Translations under genes and position numbers: made by a program
The notes under the pieces: generated by a model
The model's database searches: none
The model's input: only the letters and a program-made list of their open reading frames with translations
Told to the model about the DNA's origin: nothing
In this document: piece after piece, positions 52,481 through 64,000 of the stretch
How positions within the stretch are numbered: position 1 is the stretch's first letter
How the letters are laid out: every line of letters begins with the position of its first letter
DNA from: Malacoraja senta
Lineage: Eukaryota
DNA: 64,000 nt
Reading direction: 5' to 3'
Assembly: GCA_038087875.1 (NCBI GenBank)
Contig: CM075992.1
Span: forward strand, 3,102,001-3,166,000

Positions 52481-54304
52481 GTAATATACCTGTTCTATTC
52501 CTTTGCAATACTGTCATCAGATTTGCACTGTGTTCTATTCTTTTCTGTGTTTCTCTGCCTCCGCCTCTCAATTTGAATTCTCCTCGTGTATGTATCTATG
52601 TGCCGTCTGATAAATGATTCTGCTGCTTGCCCTGCTCAGTGCAAGGCAATCTGTTACTGTGTTAGACTGTTCCAAAGCCACCACAACCACTTCACCCTGA
52701 CAACCACCGCCAATGCCCCAATGCAGACCTGGCCCTTGTCGTTCAGAACAGTCGGCGTGAGAGAATGGAACGGCTGGGCTTGTACACTCTGGAGTTTAGA
52801 AGGATGAGAGGGCGTCTCATTGAAACATATAAGATTGTTAAGGGCTTGGACACGCCAGAGGCAGGAAACATGTTCCCGATGTTGGGGGAGTCCAGAACCA
52901 GGGGCCACAGTTTAAGAATAAGGAGTAAGCCATTTAGAACGGAGACGAGGAAACACTTTTTCTCACAGAGAGTGGTGAGTCTGTGGAATACTCTGCCTCA
53001 GAGGGCGGCGGAGGCAGGTTCTCTGGATGCTTTCAAGAGAGAGCTAGATAGGGCTCTTAAAAATAGCGGAGTCAGGGGATATGGGGAGAAGGCAGGAACG
53101 GAGTACTGATTGGGGATGATCAGCCATGATCACATTGAATGGCGGTGCTGGCTCGAAGGGCCAAATGGCCTACTCCTGCACCTATAGTCTATTGTCTATT
53201 GTCATAATTGCTAACCCATTTTAAATTGTAACACTTAAGGCGGGCACAGAGGAGCAGCGGTAGAGTTGCTGCCTTACAGCGCTTGCAGCGCCAGAGACCC
53301 GGGTTCGGTTTCAGTTGTAAAATTGACCTTAATGTGTGTCGGGTTAATGTGTGCGGTGATCGCCAGTCGGCACAGACTTGCTGGGCCGAAGGGCCTGTTT
53401 CCGCGCTGCAGGTCTAAAGTCTAAAGCTGATGTAGAATTGATAGCCTGAAAGTCCCTCTTATATATACCGCAAGGAAATACATGGAGTAACATGAAATAT
53501 CTGGAACACAAACTGAATAAAATATGCAGGAATCCCCAGGCAAACGCACAATGCAGCAAGGATTACAGTGCAAGACTGAAATGAATTTCTTACTGCTATG
53601 TTCTTTTTATATGAAGGCAAAAATCCTTACTGTTTTTTTAATCGGTTTCTCAAAGTCAAAGAGCCTTCAGCCTAGAAGGATGGGGAAATTCTTTAAGCTG
53701 CGGATTTCGTCAATGAAGGAAGGTGTCTCATCGACAAGGAGTGTCGGTGATGGAGTCTGTCCATGAGGGCAGATCGTTCATCAAAAGCTACTGTGCTTGC
53801 CCTTCATAGGGCTAAGGCATTGAGCCTCTCATCACCTCTGACCTCAGGGTAGTCAGGCCAATGCAATTACTAACCAAAAAAATAGGAAAAATAAATACTG
53901 GAGGTGCTGTGGTAAAAATATTGTGTTAATACCACAGGAAACCAAGTCTTTTATTCTATTGACCAACAAGGATGTCAGAGGTCATGGGGAGAACTCATGG
54001 GAATGGGGTTGAGAGGGAAAGATAGATCAGCCAGGATTGAATGGTGGAGGAAACTCGATGGGCTGAATGGCCGAATGCTGCTTCTGTGACATGAACTGAT
54101 GAACTTATTCCAGGTGTTCGAGCCAAATAAAAGTGACCGTATTGACTCCAAGTAAGTTGAATTTTGCTCGAACGTGACTTGTTAGAAGTTGGGGTTGGTA
54201 GTTGTGTGGAGATCAGATGAACTCTTGCAAGCAGCCGCAAGACTGAGATTGCTGATTTTGGTGTTGTTCTGTCAAGTGCTCATCGCCTATTGTTTCCTTG
54301 CCAG

Positions 54305-54401
54305 TGGGAGCAAGGGGAAGGATCTGAATACCATCAAATCTCTGAGAGTCCTTCGAGTGCTGCGGCCGCTGAAAACCATCAAAAGGTTGCCCAAGCTCAA
54401 G
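54305..54401 (+). CDS. CACNA1A: Cav2.1 exon 25 equivalent (IIIS4 voltage sensor)
   Basis: tgccag|T GGG AGC...CTC AAG|gtaaca; 97 nt; [32 protein letters not shown]. Confidence 0.97.
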
Positions 54402-54885
54402 GTAACAAAGACAAACATCGCCCTTGTTTTGGAACGGAATCGTTTATTGTCACATGTATCGAGGCACAGTGAATTCTTTGCTGTACACAAATAGCAGCCA
54501 CCTACGGTGTTGACAAAGTTACAAAGTACGCCGGCTCCCCCTTTTGTTCTCCCCCCCCACAGTGCCCCCCCCACGCCGGGCCCATTGTTCTCCCCCCCCC
54601 CTTCACAACGGTCCTCCACGCTCTCATCGACCGTCGACCCGCGAGGCTTCACCGCTGCCCTGGGAGTTGCATGTGGGAGTTACGAGTGTTGAATTCTCAC
54701 ATGTACCAACAACATGCCTCGCGCTGCCTCAGCAGCTTAACCATAGCCAGTCTCACCCCCCCACCCCTGGCAACTCCCTCTTCTCCCCTCTCTCATCGGG
54801 CAAAAGGCACAGAAGTGTGAAAATGCACTCCTCCAGATTCAGGAGCAGTTTCTTCCCAGCTGTTATCAAGCAACTGAACCATCAC

Positions 54886-55295
54886 CAAAGATCCTATAGC
54901 GGAGCAAGATAGACCAGTCCTGCTAAATGCAATGGGCTGACGTGTAGTACGCAACGGAGCGGAACGAGGGCCTTTTTTTCATCCATTTCAGTAACCCGAC
55001 CCGACCCGACCCGACTCGCAGTGTAATCAACGTTGCGGGGGGACAGTTTGTGTTAATAAATTAAAATTCTGAAAATGAGGAGAAGATTTTTACCAAAGAA
55101 CTTTTATTTTTACGAGGATGTTTCCGTAACCGGCTTCCGTCTCCGCACTAGTTATCTTTGCTCCGCTGTGGGATCTTTGGTGCGGAGACGGAAGCCGGTT
55201 ACGGAAATGGGGCCGAAAATTTCCCATGAATCTTCCCATGACCGTACTACGTCTTTTTCGTCGAGTGGACCATCTTGCTCGCTATAGGGTCTTTG
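54886..55295. mobile_element. Non-autonomous DNA transposon (MITE) with an internal perfect hairpin
   Basis: TIR CAAAGATCCTATAGC(G)GAGCAAGAT / ATCTTGCTCGCTATAGGGTCTTTG; internal 28-bp inverted repeat spanning 55121-55208. Confidence 0.7.
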
Positions 55296-55323
55296 CTTAT
55301 CACCAACTAGAGAGTGGCCCTGA

Positions 55324-55968
<645 letters not shown>

Positions 55969-58655
55969 CTGTCAGCAGTCACTGTTGGAGACAGTGTGGG
56001 TCTCTAGAGATGGGCGGCACGGTAGAGTTGCTGCCTTACAGCGCGAACAGCACCGGAGACCCGGGTTCGATCCCGACTACGGGTGCTGTCTGTACGGAGT
56101 TTGCACGTTCTCCCCGTGACCCGCGTGGGTTTTCTCCGAGACCTTCGAGTTCTACCCACACTTCAAAGACGTACAGGTTTCTAGGTTAATTGGCTTGGTG
56201 TAAATGTAAACATTGTCCCTCGTGAGTGTAGGGTGTAGAATTGGCTTAGTATAAATGTAAAAATTGTCCCTCGTGGGTGTAGGATTTGTCCCTAGTGGGT
56301 GTAGCGTTAGTGTGTGGGGATCGTTGGTCGGCACGGACCCGGTGGGCCAAAGGGCCTGTTCCCACGCTGTATCTATAAACTCAACTATACTAAACTAACG
56401 GAAATGTCCTCTTTCATTCCGTGCTGTTTCAACCCATGGTTTAGTTTGAGTTTTAGAGACATGAAAGAGGAACACAGTCCCGTGTCATAGACACATAGAT
56501 ACATAGAAAATAGGTGCAGGAGTAGGCCATTCGGCCCTTCGAGCCTGCACCGCCATTCAATATGATCATGGCTGATCATCCAACTCAGTATCCCGTACCT
56601 GCCTTCTCTCCATACCCCCTGATCCCTTTAGCCACAAGGGCCACATCTAACTCCCTCTTAAATATAGCCAATGAACTGGCCTCAACTACCCTCTGTGGCA
56701 GAGAGTTCCAGAGATTCACCACTCTCTGTGTGAAAACGTTTTTCCTCATCTCGGTCTTAAAGGATTTCCCCCTTATCCTTAAGCTGTGACCCCTTGTCCT
56801 GGACTTCCCCAACATCGGGAACAATCTTCCTGCATCTAGCCTGTCCAACCCCATAAGAATTTTGTACGTTTCTATAAGATCCCATCTCAATCTCCTAAAT
56901 TCTAGCGAGTATAATAATAATAATAATAATGGATTTTATTTACGGGCGCCTTATACCGAGGTCTCAAGGACACCATACAGAGATTTATAGAAAACATATA
57001 ATCAGAATTTTTAAAAAAAAGGTTATAAAGACCAATACATAAATCAGGGACAGAATTCCTTCCAAAAACACAAAAAAAAGAAAATCAGAAGCCAAGTCTA
57101 TCCAGTCTTTCTTCATATGAAAGTCCTGACATCCCAGGAATCAGTCTGGTGAACCTTCTCTACACTCCCTCTATGGCTATAATGTCCTTCCTCAGATTTG
57201 GAGACCAAAACTGTACGCAATACTCCATGTGTGGTCTCACCAAGACCCTGTGTCATCAGAATATCTCACTCACTCACATCTCTGTCTCTTGACTTGTTCT
57301 GCATCTCTCCAAGAGGCCTGGGAGAGAGGGGGACAAGTCAAGCGCAGTAGGTATAACACTATAGGATAGTGTTAGTGTGCAGGGATCGCTGGTCGGTGAG
57401 GACTCTGGGCCGAAGGGCCTGTTTGCACGCTGTATCTCTAAACTAAAAACTAAAAGTGTGGTACTGTACCCCTGAGGAACAGCACCATGGCAACTCAACA
57501 CCTGGTCATACAACCCCTTCAGCCCACCCTGTCCACACCAACCAAGATGCCCCATCTACACTAGTCCCATCTGCCCATGTTTGGCCCATATCCCTCTCAA
57601 CCTTCCTATCCATGTGCCTGTCCAAATGTTTTTATTGTACCTGCCTCAACCAATGCCTCTGGCAGGTCGTTCCATGCACCCACCACTCTGCATGAAAAAG
57701 TTGCCCCTCGTGTTCCTATTAAATCTTTCCCCCTCTCACCTTAAACCTACAGTGTGTCCTCTGGTTCTTGATTCTCCTACTCTGAGCAAAAGACTTTACT
57801 CACCCGATCTTAGACACCACTGTAAGGTCACCCTCATCCTCCTGCCCTGCAGATAGTTGACGTTTCGGGTCTAGACTCTTCCTGAAGGGTCCCGACCTGA
57901 AATGTCACCTATCCATGTTCTCCAGAGGTGCAGCCTGACCCGCTGAGTTACTCCTGCACTTTGTGTCCAAATTACTGATGGTTTTTGGCTTCAGGCAGCT
58001 GATGATGACTTCAGCCACCGTTCAACTCTGTCGCATAATGGCAGGGAGGGAATCTTATTGAAACATATAAGATCATTAAGGGTTTGGACACGCTTGAGGC
58101 AGGAAACATGTTTGTAAATGAACGACAGTCACACCAGAAAATGTATTCATTGTACACTCTGGAGTTTAGAAGGGTGAGAGGTGATCTCATTGAAACATGT
58201 AAGATTGTTAAGGGCTTGGACACGCTAGAGGCAGGAAACATGTTCCCGATGTTGGGGGGGGTCCAGAACCAAGGGCCACAGTTTAAGAATAAGGAGTAAG
58301 CCATTTAGAACGGAGACGAGGAAACACTTTTTCTCACAGAGAATGGTGAGTCTGTGGAATTCTCTGCCTCAGAGGGCGGTGGAGGCAGGTTCCGTGGATG
58401 CTTTCAAGAGAGAGCTAGATAGGGCTCTTAAAGATGGCAGTCAGGGGTTATGGGGAGAAGGCAGGAACGGGGTACTGATTGGTGATGATCAGCCATAATC
58501 ACACTGAATGGCGGTGCTGGCTCGAAGGGCCGAATGGCCTACTCCTGCATCTATTGTCTCTTGTCTACATTAAATACTTTGAATGATTTGTCTAACTTGT
58601 TTAATGCTGCATTGAAGTCTAAAGCCTGCTTTTGTTTCTCACTTCTCTGTTTCAG

Positions 58656-58796
58656 AGGGCAGTACCTGGTGTACATGAGGGAGAGTGATATTAAGGCACA
58701 GAAAAGGGAGTGGAGACGATATGAGTTTCATTACGACAATGTGCTGTGGGCTCTCCTCACGCTGTTCACTGTATCGACTGGAGAAGGCTGGCCAGA
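58656..58796 (+). CDS. CACNA1A: Cav2.1 exon 27 equivalent (domain III pore loop, selectivity-filter Glu in TGEGW)
   Basis: tttcag|A GGG...CCA GA|gtaggt; 141 nt; [46 protein letters not shown]. Confidence 0.97.
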
Positions 58797-58862
58797 GTAG
58801 GTATCCCTATTCAAGACCAACATGAGGCAAGAACAGTAACCTCAATGGTTCGTAGAAACTAA

Positions 58863-59192
58863 AAGCCCTGTCCCACGGTACGAGTTCATTCCAAGAGCTC
58901 TCCCGAGTTTGCCCTGATTCGAACTGGGAGATTTACGGTAATGGCCGCTCGTCGGTACTCGGGGCTCTCGTGGACATTTTTCTACGTGTTGAAAAATCTT
59001 CACGAGTCTTCCCGAGCTTACCTGCCGTTAGCGAGTCTTCCCGAGTACCTGCCGTTAGCGTAACGAGCCGCTAAGAGACGTCCCCGAGCTCCGACGTACC
59101 CGCTACGTTCATTCTCCGTGCTTACCACGAGTTTGATTTTTTTAAACCTCGGGAGAGCTCTTGGAATGAACTCGTACCGTGGGACAGGGCTA
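58863..59192. mobile_element. PIF/Harbinger-like MITE
   Basis: About 44-bp perfect TIR AGCCCTGTCCCACGGTACGAGTTCATTCCAAGAGCTCTCCCGAG; TAA flanks. Confidence 0.85.
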
Positions 59193-59977
59193 TAAATGCT
59201 GGAGTAACTTAGCGGGTGAGGCAGCATCTATGGAGAGAAGGAATAGGCGGCGTTTCGGGCCGAGACCCTTCTTCAGACTGAAGCTGAGTCTCACCCGCTG
59301 AGTTACTCCAGCGTTCTGTGTCTACCTTCGATTTTACCAGCAGCTGCAGTTCTTTCTTAAACCGCAATGGTTTCTTATCGTCACCTGGGGGGGACAAAGG
59401 ACAATGGGGGTCCGGTGTGGGGGAGCTGCTGTATGGGGGGGGCAGGGGAGAACAAAAGGTAGCGTGCTTTGTAACTTTGTCAGTGCAGTAGGTGGCCGCT
59501 ATAGGAACGGCAGGAACGGGGTACTGATTGGGGATGATCTGCCATGATCACCTTGAATGGCGGTGCTGGCTCGAAGGGCCGAATGGCCTACTCCTGCACC
59601 TATTGTCTATTGCCTATTCTCTATTGTCTATATCTATACGTTTTTATATATATATATTTTTTTTAATTAAATTATTTTATTGAACATGTTAAAAAAATAC
59701 AAACACAAATAAACTTATAAGCAATAAAAAAGAAAAGAAAACACAAAGGAAAACAAACCAATAAGTACCTCAAATAATACAAATAATATCGTTCATGTTC
59801 AAAAGGGGTAAGAGGAAGTTCGAAAACTTTTCTGGTCCTACCCCATCCTATTTTCTATACATTTTCATGGAAAAACAAAATAATGGGAACAAATGGACCC
59901 AAAATCTGTTGAACAGTCCACAGACAAGAAATAACCAAGCAGAAAAGAAAATCACTGGTCCAGCTCATAACCATTCA

Positions 59978-60615
59978 ATAGAATAGAATAGAATAGAAAC
60001 TTTATTTGCCACACGACCAGGGTTGGTGGTAATTGGGTTGGGTACATGATGGCACTGCTTTAGCACATTAACACTAACAACAATAATAATAAAGCACATC
60101 ACAAATCACAAATCTCACCAACAATACATAGTGCAAAAGAACAGACAAAAACCATAGACAAGACACTGTATACATCAAGTCAAAAAGTTATTGGAGGGAA
60201 TTAAGTGTTCTTATTGCTGAGGGGAAGAAACTGTTTTTAAAGCGGGTGGATTTTGTAGCAAGTGACCTAAGGCGCCTCCCTGAAGGGAGAGACTGGAAAA
60301 GGTGGTTTGCTGGATGGGAGGGGTCCGAGATGATCTTTGTTGCCCGTTTTGAGGTACGTTGGAGGTAAATGGAATGGATTGAGGGGAGGGGAGAGTTGAT
60401 GATCCTAGAGGCCTTGGAGACAATGCGCTGTATTCTGTGTAGTGAGTGACTGTCAGTGTTTCCGTACCAGACTGTGATTAAGGAGGTGATGATGCTTTCA
60501 ATGATGGATTGATAGAAGCGTACCAGGAGGTGTTTGTGGACTCTGAACTTCTTGAGCTGTCTGAGGAAGTATAGGCGTTGTTGTCCTTTCTTAATGATGT
60601 GGTCAGCATTGATGG
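59978..60615 (-). mobile_element. Rex1/Babar-like LINE 3' end
   Basis: KKGQQRLYFLRQLKKF..FYQSIIESI..VWYGN..DPSHP..LPSGRR..RFKNSFFPSAIRTLN; (TTCTA)n tail. Confidence 0.75.
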
Positions 60616-62015
60616 TTCTTTTGTTTCTGAAGAGTGTTTTTAGTTTGAATAGAGTCTTACATTTTTTCAGCTCATCATGGCAGTTATTCCAGAGACTAAC
60701 ACCCTTTGCTGTAACACAATGGAGTTTTGCATTAGTTCTTATTGCCGGTTTTTCGAATATATAGGTTCCTCTCAGATTGTGTTTGCTTTCTCTCCGTTGG
60801 AACAACCCCTGGATATTACAAGGCAATTGCTGATTTGCTGCTTTGAACATAATTTGGATAGTTTTATAATCTGTCATGGATATGCAAGCAAAGGTTTTCA
60901 CTGGGCCTAGTCACAGGGCAGGCAGGGTGACGCAGCGGTTGAGTTGCTGCCTCAGCGCGAATGCAGTGCCGGAGACCCGTGTTCGATCCTGACTACAGGT
61001 GCTGTCTGTACGGAGTTTGAACGTTCTCCCCGTGACCTGCGTGGGTTTTCTCCGAGATCTTCGGTTTCCTCCCACACTCCAAAGACGTGCAGGATTGTAG
61101 GTTAATTGGCTTGGTAAATGTTAAAAATGTCCATAGTTGGCGTAGCATAGTGTTAATGTGCGGGGATCGCTGGTCGGCGCGGACCCGGTTGGCCGAAGGG
61201 CCTGTTTCCGTGCTGTATCTCTAAACTAAACTAAACTGAACATTTGACAATAAGGTATTCCTATTCCTATACATTTTCTGCATTCAGCCCAGTGAGATTA
61301 TCCCCGTACATAAGCACAATCACTGTCGGTATGATTTACACGAGACCAGAATAATAATAATAATAATAATAGATTTTATTTAAGGGCGCCTATACAAAAG
61401 TCTCAAGCACACCTTACAAAATTTAACAAAGTAACATATAATCAGAGTAAAATAAGTTATAAAAACATCACCAATACATAAAATAAAAACAGAAATTCAA
61501 TCCAAAAAAGACAGCAAAAAAAATCAGAAACACAATGTGAGGAGAGAGCAGCGGCATCTAAACCGCGCCAGCGTCCACTCTCCCTCCGACCGCCATCTTG
61601 GACACAGACTAACATGGACACAACACACAAAAATCATCCCCCCACAATGATGTGACTATTAAACTCTAGCTGAAGAAAGACACAAAGAGCTAGAGTAACT
61701 CAGCGGGACAGGCAGCATCTCTGGAGAGAAGGAATGGGTGACGTTTCGGGTCGAGACCTCTCTTCAGACTGGTTAGGGATAAGGGCTGTCGGGAGATGTT
61801 GAGCAGGCTGGGTCTCTATTCCATGAAGCGCAGGAGGATGAGGGGTGATCTTATAGGGGTGTACAAAATCATGAGAGGAATAGATCGGGTAGATGCACAG
61901 AGTCTCTTGCCCAGAGTAGGGGAATCGAGGACCAGAGGATATAGGATCAAGGTGAAGGGGAAAAGATTTAATAGGAATCTGAGGGGTAACTTTTTCACAC
62001 AGAGGGTGGTGGGTG

Positions 62016-62617
<602 letters not shown>

Positions 62618-63746
62618 TAAATAATAATAAATCCTTTATTTCGAACAGACTAAAAAATATAAAGCAAGTATGAAACAGCATACAAAAAAAACACACAAAA
62701 ACCTAAGAATATTTATAAAGTGTCATAAACAATATTTATAAATATATGTCTGAAAAGGAGCAGGAAGAAGCCAAAGCTTATTAATTCCCACCCCTTATTT
62801 AACTGCGTATAATTATCTTATACAAATTTAAATGCATGAACGTAAAGGATATTGGGTGACAAGTGGGACAATGTCAGAAGTGGGTGCACAGGGTGACAAT
62901 TCTGTCCCTTGAGAACAGTGGGTATTCCCTGCCGAGTGGGCGGCAGGGTGGCGCAGCGGTAGAGTTGCTGCCTCACAGCGCCAGAGACCCGGGTTCCATC
63001 CTGACTACGGGCGCTGTCTGTACGGAGTTTGTACGTTCTCCCCGTGACCTGCGTGGGTTTTCTCCAGGAACTCCAGCTTCCTCCCACATCCCAAGACGTA
63101 CAGGTTTGTAGGTTAATTGGCTTGGTATAAATGTAAAGATGTAGGATAGTGCTTGTCAGCCTAGATCGCTGGTCGGTGCGGACTGGGTGGGCCAAAGGGC
63201 TTGTTTCCAAGCCGTATCAACCTAAACTAAACTAATTGTACTTGGTTAATGCAGTGCTGTTAGTAACTGAGCTTTTTTCTTTTTTAACATAATTCATCTA
63301 TAACTATCTTCACCATATATAGCATTCATAACGCATTTCGGCAACTCGACTATTTAAATTCTCCTGAATGAACAGGTTATTTTTACTAATTTAAACAAAG
63401 TTATTTTGTTTAACAGAGGTATTACTTCCCACGGTACTTCATTGAAGTGTCCACAATGGAGATATCAGGCCAAGTCCTGAAAGGTTTAGCGTGTAGGAAG
63501 GAACTGCAGATGCTGGTTTAAACCGAAGATAGACACAAAACGCAGGAGTCACTCAGCAGGTCAGGCAGCATCTCTGGAGAAAAGGAATAGGTGACATTTC
63601 AGGTGAAGAAGGGACTCGACCAGAAACGTCACCTATTCCTTCTCTCCAGAGATGCTGCCTGACCCGCTGAGTTACTCCAGCTTTTTGTGTCTATCTTCGC
63701 TATAAACCAACATCTGCGGTTCCTTCCTTCACCTACATGGGGTTAG

Positions 63747-63998
<252 letters not shown>

Positions 63999-64000
63999 TG

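Noticed and set aside
52521..52600. Second microexon after the NIMG candidate (pyrimidine tract then GTATGT)
   Set aside because: No AG acceptor between the tract and the GT.
62938..63010. tRNA genes
   Set aside because: The A/B boxes belong to V-SINE heads followed by the V-domain and LINE tail; no complete cloverleaf seen.

Overview
Vertebrate genomic DNA. The repeat content (HE1-type V-SINEs, CR1/HER1-like LINEs, Penelope-derived repeats) suggests a cartilaginous fish, probably a skate or ray; this is inference. The window is the interior of one + strand gene, CACNA1A (P/Q-type voltage-gated calcium channel Cav2.1 alpha-1A). Seventeen GT-AG exons are visible, equivalent to human exons 7-11 and 18-29 (numbering by analogy, from memory). 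Exons 12-17 (domain II S2-S6) are absent and most likely lie in the 200-N gap at 15070-15269. Exon 18 carries an apparent 1-nt deletion, probably a consensus error. A 12-nt in-frame microexon candidate (NIMG, exon-24a-like) sits at 52469-52480. The introns are dense with nested transposons. The most novel signal is a ~130-bp non-autonomous retroelement whose 5' end is a compact HDV/CPEB3-like ribozyme fold (39170-39223, minus strand; a second, rearranged copy at 18157-18597). Other notable items are Penelope-derived repeats with minimal hammerhead-like cores, a 20-bp minisatellite built from CAG|GTAAG donor motifs, a possible non-canonical TG acceptor at exon 10, and an intronic copy of part of exon 19. 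All family assignments come from recalled motifs, not database searches.
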